DNA from: Ylistrum balloti
Taxonomy: Eukaryota
Direction: 5' to 3'
Assembly (NCBI RefSeq): GCF_031769215.1
Contig: NW_026782232.1
Span: 1-64,000 of the forward strand
Length of the DNA stretch: 64,000 nucleotides
Shown here: positions 48,901-60,655 of the stretch, piece after piece
How the letters are laid out: the number at the start of each line of letters is the position of its first letter
Position numbering within the stretch: the first letter of the stretch is position 1
Made by a program: the position numbers and the translations under genes
Notes under the pieces: model-generated
The model's input: the letters and a program-made list of their open reading frames with translations, nothing else
What the model was told of the DNA's origin: nothing
Databases searched by the model: none

Positions 48901-51900
48901 CATGGTGGGCTACATGGATCCTGTGTATCTACATATTGTTCCACATCATCGTTGAGATCACCCTTGAGGTTCACCAATGTTGTACACACAAGAAAAATAA
49001 AGGTACATAACATCACTGGCTTACAGACATTGTCAGGGCTAAATAATACATACCTGGTATAACTCAAGGACTAGATAAAGGATGTCATTCAGGCTTGGTG
49101 TTGTTAGTGTTTACTTTCTCTTTGGGTATATATTGTATAGAAAATTATTTATGCTGTACCAACACATGATTACTTACTGTAGTAGTCAATGACATCTATA
49201 TATGACAATAATTTACAGTTTCTCTTTATACTTTGGAAACCAGTTTTCTCCTAAAGTTGCTTTTTTTCATGTGGTTCTAATTTTCATGATTGTCCAGGGT
49301 GTATTTAAACCACAAATTATAGTTCCAGTGAAAATTTAGTTCCAAGGTCGATAATGTATTTATAAAATCAATGGATATTTTCCTCCTTGATTGAAAGTTT
49401 ATCAAATTAATAAAGAAGTGCAAACATAACTTTAAAAGTATGAATTTTACTGACTTATAGAGGTAGGAATTCACTAGATATTGTTGAACAATATGGCCTG
49501 TTATGTAGTACCGAATTTTCCTGATTATAAGTCACATATTTTTTTCTCATGAGTCAGCTGATGTGTGGTCGGGAAAAAATAGGCAAGATAAAAAAAAACA
49601 AAAAAAAGAACATGAAGTGTACCAGTACCTGCCTGTTGTGTTTTTAGGACTGAAACATATCCTCTAGAACCATCATTTGCAATAGTATACAGGATGATTT
49701 GCAGATTGAAATGAAAATAACATTCTCTTGGATTTAATCAATCATACTAGTTAATGTGAATCGCAATAATATTTTCTGGACTTTCGCGGTTACTTGAAAG
49801 CCATAGCAGAAGTTTCTAATTGCATCCTGGGTTCGATAGGTCATCAGATTGTAGGTCAAATTCTAGCATAACTGCCATGCTTGTTTACGATATGAATGGC
49901 TTCGAGTAACTTACAAGAGAAAATAATATGGGAATTTAAGAATTTAACAGTACAGACGATGGAGAGATTGTTTAGTAAACAATATGTAAGGTCAGGCCCT
50001 ATATCTGTGCATAGACAATGCCTTTGAAGGCACCCAAACCAAACAAGTTCAATATTTCCTATTTCACATTTTTTGAAAGACATCGATAAAATTAAGGATT
50101 GTGTATAATTCATTTGCAAACTTTTATTAAATGTTTAACTGACGATCTTGATAAGTAGTCCTCCATTGTCTGTCATATCAACTAAATTTGGTCAACATAA
50201 CGGTTACCACTCCGTAAGACAGGGTGTGGCTTATATTTGAATCAAATTGAAAAAAAAAAGGTAGAAATTAGCTCTGCAGCTTATAACCTCGAAAATACAG
50301 TACTTAATGTTTCTGCACATTGATAGCATGAAAAAGTTGACCCCAAAAAATGTATCCAATGATAAAAACAACAGTATATACTATATAGGACAGATACATA
50401 ACAGTTAAACTAACCATGTTTGTTTGATGATAAGGCTTTTATTTCTTTATGTACTCAATGAAGATAATCTTTTTACAGAACGAAGGAAGAAATATGAGTT
50501 CCAGAAGAGAGACAATCCTAAAGCATACATCCCAGAGCCAGAACCAGCAGTAAGTATCACTACCGGAAGAGGACTTTACAATATAGCTTAGCACACATGA
50601 AATGACAATATAACGACAAGCAAAGCACCAGACCTGTTACATCAAATAGTCACAATGAAATTGGGTGAAAATAAGGTTTATTTTCACGTAGGAAGTTGTG
50701 ATGGGAGTCTTTTTTCGGTGCCTGTGCCCTAAGTTGATTCTTAGAGATAAGCGTAACTTGTTAGAGATAAGTCTACCATGCAACTTCCCCAAACCGTAAA
50801 CCTTCCTTATACTCGTTCATTTCTGAATACCAAACCCATTTTGTGTCGGATGTGATTGAAGTTTATAATATACTTCTGCAAACCAGTCTTGCTTGAGCAA
50901 TCAAAACCCGAGCTCTGACCTGTGCATTATTGAATATTTTGTGCCTCAGGTTCACATGTGTCACCTGTAGGCATTATATATAATAGCTAACCCTTTCAGG
51001 AGGATTATATTTAGCATAAGGTATAGTTATAAATGTTGACAAGAAAAAGTCATACAGAATGCATCCATTATTACACTTCTGCAAGTAAAGGCTATAGACA
51101 TTATGCAGAGCTAGAAAGCTACAGTTTCGAATCTCAGTGGCACACATTATGTAATATGTCATTATAACACATACAAAATTGAATCGTTGATGGAATGTTG
51201 TTTTGAAAGAGAATTTTGTCATCCTGGTCAACCAAAACACCAGTTATCAAATATATAGATTGTAAACACTTCCAAATAAGAGGACCGTCATTACAGGGGA
51301 CTGGGTTTGACATAGGAATACAATTGTGGTAGTCTCGTATCTTTGTACATACATGTTATTTATTCTAAGTCACATTGGCACCCATGTAGGGACCCGGGAA
51401 TAGTATTTAGCCATGCCCCACCGGTGTCGCTGTGACCCCTGGAAACTCGAGGACGAGTTATTTCCTGGAGGGGAAGTATGTAACCCTGGTAAAATACTAG
51501 CAGCAATATACCACTCGGCTAGGGAGAACGTCACTTTAGCTCGATTGGTTGAGCGTCAGACTAGTAAGCCAGGGGTCCCGGGTTCGTTTCCTAGCGGAGG
51601 CATTGAAATAAATATTGACCTCTGTTGCACAATTGTAATGCAAAGATAATGTGATGTACAGATGGCATCTACTCTGTCAACTTAATTTACTCTTGCAACT
51701 CAAACTCTCCTTTAACTGGTCAAATGTTTTATGTCTCATGCATGGTCTGTCTGGCTGAAAAAACCCCACTTTATTGCTAACTTGTTAGAGAAAGGTATAT
51801 TGATAAATTACTAAGTTTTGTCTCCATTATATCTGTTTGCAGGGTCGGAGGTTCAAGAAGAACATGCTGTTAGCTCACTTCATTGTGACATGTATCGTAG

Positions 51901-51935
51901 CTCTCATCATGGTCATCTCCATAGCAGCATCCTAA
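36721..51935 (+). CDS. FRRS1: Ferric-chelate reductase 1 (FRRS1/SDR2)-like protein, 14 coding exons, 625 aa: signal peptide + Reeler + DOMON + cytochrome b561
   Basis: join(36721-36949,37153-37331,40518-40612,42654-42759,43523-43735,44291-44392,44729-44876,45781-45903,46273-46388,47443-47598,48071-48170,48856-49002,50479-50549,51843-51935) = 1878 nt, no internal stop, all GT-AG. Family motifs: EPQ..PSPF, F.RFMIQA, VWKP..VFRATF, CGTKKGCF, KGHGILMILAW, WFIGH, AHPILG, FNWFYW. Which family member or paralog it is cannot be resolved here. Confidence 0.93.
37153..37331 (+). CDS. FRRS1: FRRS1-like exon 2 (Reeler)
   Basis: tttttggtag|TGAAC...GGCGGG|gtaagt; (V)NLTSVQPLTAFTRFMIQAV...EITCAGG. Confidence 0.92.
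37480..38030. repeat. 45-bp minisatellite, about 12 copies (coding intron 2)
   Basis: cacagattacctgtattggtgttgtgtttaccttaccctgatatc; explains ORF 37714-38028. Confidence 0.95.
38105..39870. repeat. 44-bp minisatellite, about 40 copies (coding intron 2)
   Basis: agattaccagtataagtaagtgtttacctgtcccaaagatccat; related to the adjacent 45-mer. Confidence 0.97.
39917..39945. repeat. (TA)n microsatellite
   Basis: gtgtatatatatatatatatatatatgtata. Confidence 0.9.
40518..40612 (+). CDS. FRRS1: FRRS1-like exon 3 (Reeler)
   Basis: attacag|CGTGCT...TTCAG|gtaatt; RATKQSNANQLKKNVRLVWKPDVTMKGPIVF(R). Confidence 0.9.
41662..41906. repeat. 36-bp minisatellite, about 6.8 copies
   Basis: cgatgaggctgctttctgttgataacttcagttgct; explains ORFs 41604-41840 and 41791-41979. 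Confidence 0.96.
42036..42330. mobile_element. Possible non-autonomous Helentron/HINE-like remnant
   Basis: TTAGCTGAG start followed by hairpin TTGTCGAAGAGT-gaagt-ACTCTTCAACAA (42045-42073), resembling a Helentron end. Family unverified. Confidence 0.35.
42654..42759 (+). CDS. FRRS1: FRRS1-like exon 4 (end of Reeler, linker)
   Basis: cttcaacag|GGCC...CCAAAC|gtaagt; ATFIQDGNRFWVRELSEPV...PTDPN. Confidence 0.9.
43523..43735 (+). CDS. FRRS1: FRRS1-like exon 5 (Cys-rich linker, start of DOMON)
   Basis: actcacag|AGACTG...AGATGG|gtaag; DCGTKKGCFRIPEGCWEPYC...YVSLAISNDIRW. Confidence 0.93.
44291..44392 (+). CDS. FRRS1: FRRS1-like exon 6 (DOMON)
   Basis: ttttcag|GGTGGA...AAAAAT|gtaagt; GGDLVMECVHNGATGLTQVYLAKSVDHFTHRLKN. 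Confidence 0.92.
44421..44559 (+). pseudogene. Two degenerate tandem copies of the 3' half of exon 6 plus its donor
   Basis: Copy 2 acaggtctatctcaccaagagtgttgaccacttcaatcacagactcaaaaat|gtaggt (GT 44475); copy 3 more decayed (gttagt at 44549). Confidence 0.85.
44729..44876 (+). CDS. FRRS1: FRRS1-like exon 7 (DOMON)
   Basis: cattgcag|CCAAAG...TCAG|gttaat; EEGQFLNGRLRCRFEK...HLLMSRGVAES. Confidence 0.9.
45781..45903 (+). CDS. FRRS1: FRRS1-like exon 8 (DOMON His363; first cytochrome b561 His398)
   Basis: tactacag|GTGAAG...CATG|gtaagt; EAAPHRFG...YSLVKGH. Confidence 0.92.
46273..46388 (+). CDS. FRRS1: FRRS1-like exon 9 (cytochrome b561 TM1)
   Basis: gttacag|GTATCC...TTTATT|gtaagt; GILMILAWCFFGTTGMLLIKYY...YWFI. 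Confidence 0.94.
47443..47598 (+). CDS. FRRS1: FRRS1-like exon 10 (TM2-TM3; His439, His475)
   Basis: gtttcag|GGACAT...CTTTGT|gtaagt; GHINCMAW...KAHPILGIIIFVCVILC. Confidence 0.94.
48071..48170 (+). CDS. FRRS1: FRRS1-like exon 11 (TM3 end, TM4; Tyr511 at the His4 position)
   Basis: ttgtacag|TTCATC...GGCAA|gtaagt; FIIALIRPDEDNRCRPVFNWFYWLFGTVAWCLA. Confidence 0.93.
48856..49002 (+). CDS. FRRS1: FRRS1-like exon 12 (TM5)
   Basis: gttttcag|TCCCT...AAAG|gtacat; PNMFIGMDFGK...ILFHIIVEITLEVHQCC. Confidence 0.92.
49953..50172. mobile_element. Inverted-repeat pair, MITE-like
   Basis: CAGACGATGGAG versus CTCCATTGTCTG (11/12 complementary), about 195 bp apart, in a locally CpG-richer intron segment. 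Confidence 0.35.
50479..50549 (+). CDS. FRRS1: FRRS1-like exon 13 (cytoplasmic loop)
   Basis: tttttacag|AACGA...CCAGCA|gtaagt; RRKKYEFQKRDNPKAYIPEPEPA; phases match both neighbours. Confidence 0.88.
51325..51629 (+). mobile_element. TRIM-type non-autonomous LTR element with a tRNA-derived LTR (Helenus/biv-TRIM-like)
   Basis: ...GTCACA-t-PBS TGGCACCCATGTAGGGAC (51376-51393); PPT GGAGGGGAAG (51467-51476); LTR TGTAAC...GTTGCA (51479-51629) with A/B boxes; CAAT at 51321-51324 and 51630-51633. Confidence 0.72.
51843..51935 (+). CDS. FRRS1: FRRS1-like exon 14 (last TM helix, stop TAA 51933-51935)
   Basis: gtttgcag|GGTCGG; GRRFKKNMLLAHFIVTCIVALIMVISIAAS*. Confidence 0.9.
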   Translation, partial: GRRFKKNMLLAHFIVTCIVALIMVISIAAS

Positions 51936-54900
51936 ACAGCTGGCTTAGTCTGAATGACCAATGTCCACTTACTCAGGACACCTTCATTGGTCATTTGTTA
52001 TCATGTGATATAGTAGTGGTGCTTTGATTGACTGTAATAATGATAGTAATCTTTCACTATATTAGGATGTTATTTTCAGTATACAGAATTATGATAGATA
52101 GTATTGAAACATATGGCTGTAATTTAAAATTTTATCAAAATTATGAAACAGTCAAAGCATTACACTTATAAGACAAGATTGTAAACAAGAATGGTAGGAA
52201 CTCAGATTACAAATGTACTGATGTAGTTAATGGTTGAAATAAGAGTTTAGGTAACTCTGATAAAATGTACTGTTGTAATTAATAGTTTAAAAAACCAAGA
52301 GTTTGAGTAACTCAGATGTACAACTGTATGGTTAAAACAAGTAACTCAGATATGGTAATAGAATGACACCAAGTTACGAATACATTTTAATTCCAAAACA
52401 TGTGTACATATTCAAATTCTTATTGTGCCAGATAAAGGAAGGATGTTTGTAAAAGTGTGCACAGTGATATATCACAGAGAGGTGAATGTGTTGTCGTTCA
52501 GTGATCTAATGGTATTCACATTATGCAAACAAAAATAGTGCATCTTTCAACCAAAGGTATAGGAAAGTCAGAAGCCTTACTGCAAGTAATCATACCTATC
52601 ATGTTAAAAAAAAAGATCTTAGTGTAATAGATAGTTGATGCTTACATGAGGTTCCCTATATATAGTAACAGGCTATGCATCATTGCCACACTTCGCCAAG
52701 TCAGGATAATATTCATTTTTACCTATAGGAGAGAGTGCATTCAGTATATTACCTGTGTCATCCTTGTATGGGTGTGTCCATTGAAATATTATAGTAATGT
52801 TCGGTAGTACTGTTATTCTGCTTTAATTTGTATGCCATATAATACCATATACATCATGTCATATTTTCTGATCCATTGTCAGATGATTTTCAAACCTTCT
52901 GAATGTAACATTCAAAACTGTTTTTTGGTGTTTTACAAGCATATTGTCATCAAATCTGAACTTTGTGGAGGTTGTTTGTGTAGAGGTAAGATTTGGGTGT
53001 CAACATTACCAGTCTTTACGAAACTGTTCGCTCTGACATAAGAAAATATGCCTAAATGCTCGCATAGTTATTAATAATATTAGCTCTCATTTAAAATATT
53101 CGTTAAGTTGTTCATCAGCACCTCCTTTGTAAAAACAATGAATGAAGAAAAGTCAGGTTTTGCTAGGCAAGAAAAATGGGTCAAGATTAAATCAGTTTGA
53201 TATAAACCTGTGAATGAGTAGGTGAATCTTTGTAGATATATATGTTACTGATATAAATATTTTAATACTGTTACGTAGGAAATTATCAAAACAGTCGACT
53301 TTTTTTTCACTGTAAATATTTACAGTTTGAAAATATGAACTTTATCACTGTTAAGTGAACATTGATACGGATTTACAGGTTCCTTAATACCTGTACTTAA
53401 GTCACAAAATTAAAATTTGTCCTTGTTACTTGTAATCTTGATGAAAAAGTGAATTGTTATTTACATGTACACAATGAACAGTAAATAAACTTCACAAAAA
53501 TATCATGTTTATCAAATAAAAACCAGCATTTACATACAACTAAGTATCTCAGCAATGTTATGCTCTAAATTTCCATGCCAGTGTTGTATATATCTCATTG
53601 TACGCTTGTTTGAATGTGAAAGGGAGAGAGTGTGGAATTATTTACTCTAGATGTCTACTTGTTTCTCAACAAAACAAGTCCTCATTGCAATGGTTGTAGC
53701 AGGGTCTCTAGGTAGTAAGGTCATTACCTGTATATTTGTTACCTGTATATAGTTAGATCTGACTACATGTGTATATAACAATATAGAGTATTTTGTTGTA
53801 TAATTTAGATAACTGCTTTATAAGTCTGAATGTATATAAATCTGTGTCGCCCATATTATCCAATACACAGTACAAACTGTACAAGGAATGCCAGTGAATC
53901 TCTGTTTGTGGTATGTAGAAAAAATTCAGAAATTGTTGTTTATCTAATTGAGAGAACCTAAGTCACAGAATTCCTTTTTTAACATCTTCATTAATTCTTT
54001 TACCTTGTCTAATTGGCTCAAGACGTTTGGAAAGGAAGTGTAGAAGTAGAATTTAAGAGTTAAAGAATATCCAGTTTTTGAGATTTTTTTTAAAAAACTT
54101 AAAACTGAACTAGTTTATTTATAACCTTAAATTTTCTTGCAATGATTTTCAACCAAATGTCAATTTTTTTTCCTTCTGAATTTGATCCCATCTCTTTAAT
54201 ATCAACACAGTTTAGTTGTTCCTACCACTCAACAGTTATCCCCCTTGTATACAAGTGGGTTTTTGCCATGCGATATTTTTACTATGCTGAATAATATCAG
54301 GACCTTTAGTCACTGATGCATGGAGTTATGGATGAACCGGGTAAAATTGGATTCTGACAGTGCAGTCTGTGATGATTTTGTCTATGGTGGTCAGCGATAG
54401 GAATATAAGCAATGAATGTGTTGCTAAATTGTTGATTGTTTTTTGATGGTTTATTGTGTTAGAAATTTGTTTTAATATATTTTATATGTTATTACCAGAT
54501 TCAAAAGGGATTTAATCTTCTGAATGTACTGTATCGACACTGTCTTCCTTGCAAAATTTTCAATCAGAAGTACTCAATCTAATCCCTTCCCTGTGACCCA
54601 ATACTTAGCTATGTATTGTTAGATATACCCTGTCATGGTATATGTCAGTTAGGAGAAAAGTTATTCTATCCATAGAAAAGACTTAGTTATCAGCCTATAC
54701 TAGATACGAGATAATAATTTCTATTTGGACATAAGGTAGACTAGTATTACAACATGCAAACAATTCTATAGTATTTATTTTTTGGGAATTAAGCTTTAAA
54801 AAGAAAACGATTTTGAGATGGGATACTTTTAAATGGGAAAGAAGACTTAGCCTTGAACAGGGGCTTAATATAATTTATGTAAATAGTCTACAGTATAAAA

Positions 54901-56252
54901 TTATAGCATACAATGCATATATATTTACAAATAAGCTTTAAACATATGTTATAGATACTTTATCAGTGATAGCTGTGATGAGAGTCGACACAGTTGATGT
55001 ATGGACCTGATTGCCCCACCTAACTAGACAACGATATTGATGAATGTACATAGCATGTGCAAGTTTTATTTATATTTGAACTTTTATATTAATATATCTG
55101 TATTTTTGCATAGGAATGTGCTTTGATGTGGTATATCTGACAGCAAGTGTGGATGGAAAACTTATTGCTTTTACAAAAAAAAAATATAAAAAAACATAGT
55201 TATATACAATATTTAGTATTTTTGTTTCCCTTTCTCTCATTTTTCTTTTGTTTTCACTTTTTGATCAACATATTCTTTGTTCTGTTAATTACTTTTCTTC
55301 TTGATGTAGAAAGTTCTATATGCTGATATTTTACATAAAATGGAGATCTGAGACCACCACTTTGTAATTTTGATGATTCAGCTGACAGATTACTTCAGTT
55401 TTACTCTTTATTCATAGTATGTATAGAACTTTTTATGAAAGTAGATATCTTAAAACTGATTTGTGATATTTTTGATATGCAGAAAAGTGCAATATGTTTA
55501 TGAACTATTAAAATTATATTTTATAAAGCAATTTCAAGTCCAACAAGTTTTATAAAAGTACAAAAAATAGATAATGGTCGAAAATTATTTTTGTACATGG
55601 GGAAATAGTCAAAATCATGAATAATTTGTAAATTGAAGCTTGAAAGAAACTATAGTAAAATAGGATTAAACATCTGATTTATGTATTTGCTTTATATTTC
55701 TAATAAATAGTAAACATGCGACAAAATGAGCCTCGTTTCAAATTTATTGTCTTTACTGTCATTTCATGCCCTCACCTTTATACAGGGGGCATTTAACACT
55801 ACCCATATTCACCCTGTCCTGTCTTGTTTCATCCTATGTGAAACATTGTCAGATCTTGAGAATCTCTCAATGTATCTAGTTTATATTAACCTCATAATAT
55901 CAAAACATTAGGTTCTACACCTTATCATATCAAGATGGTTATTTGTCTAGGGTAAAGGGTCAATGGTCATATTTGACAACTATGGCAAGGATTGATCAAA
56001 CCATGAACCATGTACTTAAATGCTTGGCAGTTGGGCCATTTATGTCCTGTAGATATTTTCTATTTTGGTTCTGTTTGTTGTGTTTCCTGTCCATCACGGG
56101 TAAACAGTGACTGGATTTGGTCAATTCTGGAAACCTTTATGAAACTTATCTACCAATGGTCTGTTAGAGTATTTCACTAGCGATAAGTCCAGGGGGCCAA
56201 TACTGACAAAGAGTTGAGAGCAGGCTCATTGAAATAATAATTGGAATAATAA
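51936..56252 (+). other. Probable 3' UTR of the FRRS1-like gene (end uncertain)
   Basis: Follows the stop codon; T/G-rich, CpG-poor; AATAAA near 53485, 53515, 55702 and 56247. The site actually used cannot be determined from sequence. Confidence 0.35.
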
Positions 56253-56923
56253 AAAAGCACTTGTTTGTTATTTTACTCAACATCAATAGATATGAGTTGG
56301 CTTATTACAAGGACAGATTAAAATGTATACATAAATTCTCTTCAGTGAGTGAACAAGTGTTGTGTGCAGAAATATCTGTACTGTTCTATATATATAAATC
56401 AGTGAACCACCATCTCTCTCCTTTATCTCTCTCCCCTCCTCCTGTTGTTACATCAATTTCTAGTTAAGCTCACGGGCAAATGATATCCACATAATCAATG
56501 TTATACTTTGTATATCTGTAAATATTTGTTACATAATATGTATCCCTGTGGGTAATGGTGTACAGCAATGTAAAGTAAAAAAGTTAAAAGCAACCGTCTA
56601 TTTATGAAAAAATGTGCGTCTCAAAACAAATCGATTTAATTCAGATAAAGTATTTTCCCCAATGGACCTATAGCGTTCCTGGTAACCACCTGCTGATGAA
56701 TCATGTGGTGGTTTGACATTCCAGGAGGAAGAGTTGTCTCCCCTATCAGAGAGAGCTTATTCCAGACATAGGTGAGGCAGGTATAATTGATTCTGATAAA
56801 ATCCAATGTCTAAAAATAATATGATTTACATCCATTCACATACAGCATACAGGCATTACTTGAATCTTATACAACAACGTCATTGACAAACCGTTGTATG
56901 AAGTCACTAGATATAATTAAGAA

Positions 56924-57052
56924 ATGACAGACGTCCACGCCTACATGGACTGGTCCATCATGTTATGGAAGGAGCCGGATCTGGGATACAGTGACCACAA
57001 GTTTGTGATGACAGAGGCTCGGTACCAGGGCGTAATGACACACGTCCAGTAA
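56924..57052 (+). other. 42-codon upstream ORF in the leader/promoter region of gene 2
   Basis: MTDVHAYMDWSIMLWKEPDLGYSDHKFVMTEARYQGVMTHVQ*; five in-frame ATGs; ends 102 nt before the main ATG. Confidence 0.4.
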
Positions 57053-57066
57053 ATACAGCGGATCGT

Positions 57067-57081
57067 GCCACCATGGAGTAG
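57067..57081 (+). promoter_or_regulatory. Minimal uORF (ATG GAG TAG, 57073-57081) in a perfect GCCACCATGG context
   Basis: gtGCCACCATGGagtag, 82 nt upstream of the gene 2 ATG. Confidence 0.5.
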
Positions 57082-57154
57082 TCCGTATATGCGTTATAGT
57101 GCACACACATACACATTTATGTTATCGGGCACCTGCTTTCGTCAGTCGACAGCC

Positions 57155-57248
57155 ATGCCAGCCATTCGAAGTCTGTGCGTTTCTTCTCTCCTTGTATTTG
57201 TCCTCCTGGAGTTAACCGTCTCTCAGGATATTCAGGCGTTTTATCAAG
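57155..57248 (+). CDS. First coding exon of a second, unidentified secreted or membrane protein gene
   Basis: gccATG; MPAIRSLCVSSLLVFVLLELTVSQDIQAFYQ is signal-peptide-like; phase-1 donor CAAG|gtacgt; GC/CpG-rich 5' region. No further exon could be identified before 64000. Confidence 0.7.
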
Positions 57249-59173
57249 GTACGTATTTCAAATAGTAATCACATTTATGATTTGTGAGGGGAATGGACAT
57301 AAACCACAAGTATAGACAGAAAGAAACGACTTCAAATATACGGATCAGCAAATTGAAAGTAGATTCGGAGGCTGGTACCATCTGTCATCTGATTCAGAGA
57401 CCGGGAGTAGTCAAAGGCGGGCCATTCATTGATAATTCCCATATTACAATGTCATTTCAAACTGTTTTCGATTTTTCATTGTAGTACAATGATTTTGATA
57501 ATTAATTTTAATATATCTTAATTAATCAATTAACTTTGTTAATGATCAGGTGTTCACGAATGCTTACCTTTTACCATGAAGCCTGAGTTTGATTCTCTAA
57601 TCTGAAATGAAAATGGAAGTACTATATTCAGTCTCCTGCCTAACCATACAGGTTTCAATTGTACAGTTTCCTCATCCATTCAAATAAGAGGATCTACTGT
57701 GATAAAAGTTCCAATTTTTAATATTAATAAAGTGAACGGAAAAGTGAAATAAATTGTAACATTAAATGAGAGACAAAGGCAGGATTGTTGCGAAATTAAG
57801 ATCTACAAAAGGCAGCTTGTCTTCATGAGGACAAGGTCATGGAATTGACAAACAGTTTACTTTTTCAGCAAAGGTTTGTTACTTAAAGAAAAAAAAAATT
57901 CAGTAATACTTATGGAAGTTAATATTAAGATAATGGAGATTCTAAGCTATCAACCAAGAATATAGACTAGATAAAATTGATCTTTCTTTTTGTAATAGAA
58001 TAAATGTTCTACTTTTTATGAAATGCTTTGTAAATCATGAATCCAAAATTATGTAAGAACCTCTATATATTCCTTTAAAATCTTATCAAAATACTGTAAA
58101 ATCAAAAAAAAAAATTGGGGAAAATTGTTGAAGGCAGAAAACAACAAAGGCTCTTCTCGTCAAACATTTTCCTCAAGTTTATGATTGCCTTTCTAACACA
58201 GCCATTTTAAAACAAGGGAATTTGAGTTTGATAAACTTTGAACTTGAAAGGCTTGGTTTGGACGTGTACTATTTATAGCAGCTAGAACAACTGTCAATAA
58301 ATTTTTGATAGGAATGAAAATTCACCACATTGATAAAATCCCTATGGACTGTTGCTGTCATGTAATATTATGTAACTAAATACAAATCTAACCAGGTTAT
58401 ATGGAAATTGTTATGGAAATTTATCACCGAGTTTAAAAACTTGTAAAAATTTAAAAACATGATCATATTTCAAATGATGAAAAAAACACACTTTTTTTTG
58501 TACAATGTGTAGCTGACAATGCTGTGAAGTATAGAATGTTAGTATTGAATATCTATATAAAACAAAACAAGATGGCATGGAAACATCCTACGGTGGCTAC
58601 ATATGTATATTGATTTTGAATTTGTCATTAACATGTTTACCATAAGTGACAAATGGTTAGATATATATGTAGGTCAATAATATAGGTGTATTTTATGCAA
58701 ATGATTGATTGACATAAATTACAGTACGTAAAATAGAATGTCTATTTGGTGAAGAAGCCAGATGTGTCTGTTTTAATATTGAACTTCTGTTGCTTTCTAA
58801 GCCCATGCCTGGTAATAAGCCCACCCATAACTGTTAGTGTTAAAAAGAATCTCCAAAACTGGTATTCTAAATATAGCAGAAAATAAACCCACTTCCTTGA
58901 AAAATACATATGTTTCTTGTAACATGTTTGAAAAATTTAGGGAAGGTAGCTAGGCAAAAATTTCATTTTTACAAATTATTTTATATGGTTTAAATAGGAG
59001 ACAGATCTTTCCTTTAAAATTTGTCCTTAAAAATTGTCTTAAAATGTGAAATGTAGGCACATATTTTTAGGGTAGGCAGGAAACATCTTTTGTTTAGTCG
59101 TAAATGTAATGGTCTCCTGGGCTCATTGAGGAATAAATACAGTACAATATCTTTCTATGTCTTTTTTAATGTT

Positions 59174-59202
59174 GGGGTGGGGTGGAAGGGGAGGGAGGGG
59201 GG
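59174..59202 (+). other. G-quadruplex motif in intron 1 of gene 2
   Basis: GGGG-t-GGGG-tggaa-GGGG-a-GGG-a-GGGGGG on the sense strand. Confidence 0.5.
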
Positions 59203-60655
59203 AGGTATCAAAGAGGCATGATCGTTGATTGGTAGAAGTGGATAGATATGATATCAGATTGTTTACAACTTTGGAAATGTAGGATTCATTAAATTTCAAA
59301 TTCTATTTGGTTTGATCATTAATTGTAACAAGTCAATCTGTGGAAATATGTTTACTTTTAAATCTGGAATCTTATGAGTTATATGAATTGTTTGTTTCAA
59401 TTATCTACAATTAACATCAACCTGCTACATGATTGTGACTATTGAGTCTAGAAGAAGAGAATAACATCTATGGAGATTAAAAGTGTTCTACTACATTATA
59501 GTACGGTTTGGAATGTCTGTATTGAGGTTTATGTGATAGCAAGGTTTGAAGGCTGAATATCATATTGGTACCGTAGATCAAAGGAATGTGTACATTATTT
59601 TTACTGGTTTAAATGAAAGAATTCTCATTTTCAGAAAAGAGGTGAGGATGTTATTATGTTTGAAATGAGCACTGATGTAATTAAAATCCAATAGAAAAGT
59701 AAATTTTCTTCATTACTGATATGCACACACAATTATTGGAAAGCTTAACATTTCTTTAAGAAATAATGTAATATACCACATAGGTAGGAAGTTATACTTC
59801 ATCAGAAGAATCTAGAAAAATTATTTATTAGCAAGCATATATTATTTTTTAATTATTTCCATATGGCAGTTTTGAAATACATAACATTGTCATTGGATTG
59901 TTGTAGCATTCCCTATGTAATCGTCTGTAAGAGCACTTGATTTGTATATCTATCAGTACTGTGATTGTAGACCTTTTCAATTTTATTTTATAATTTCTAA
60001 CTGGTTGATAAGAAAAGGCTAAGAGTTGTTATCAATGTTGATACAGAGTATTGCAAGTCAGCATGAGAAAAACTGGTCTTCACAAATATTTACAACAAAT
60101 TTTGGATGAATTTTATATACAAAATCCTAAGTAGTTTTTGTAAATCTTTTATTCAAAGAGATTCTTCAAAGTGAAAAACTTCTAACAGGATCAATTATCA
60201 AGACTTTCCTTGACATGTTTTAAAGATGTCATTGGTTTGTCCCATCATTTGTTAGTCCTATCTATTGATTGGTTTACTGATACATTGACCAGCAGTGCAG
60301 TAGAACACTGTTTAGACATGCTGTCCTTCCTGTTACAAATTCATTTTTGTCAGGACTGGCTTTATGCCCAGGCCCAGTTTTGAAAGAGAAGACATTAAAA
60401 TGATTGTGACAAGGCGTAATTACAGTTCCAACAACATTTTTTTTTGTTTATTTTGTTCATCAATGTGTCACTGTCAGGAACAGTGTGATTATGGAGTTCT
60501 AGATGCGGGTTGAGTAATGTTTAGGGTCGAGAAAGAGTTGAGAAGATGAGAGAAGGATGAAAATGATGTAAAGATTGAGTGGAGAAAAATGATGAAAATG
60601 ATTGTGCAAAGATAAGAAGACAAGAGTGATGCATGAGGGTGAGAGAAGGATAAAA

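Noticed and set aside
51530-51602. Functional tRNA-Thr(AGT) gene
   Set aside because: D-arm pairs, but the anticodon and acceptor stems do not; it sits inside an LTR-like unit with PBS and PPT.
51818-52027. Alternative-frame ORF over the last exon
   Set aside because: The phase-0 frame from acceptor 51842 gives the expected terminal TM helix; the listed ORF is an overlapping frame with no evidence of use.
59628-59647. 7-nt micro-exon (tttcag|AAAAGAG|gtgagg) for gene 2
   Set aside because: Such motifs arise by chance; cannot be supported without transcript data.
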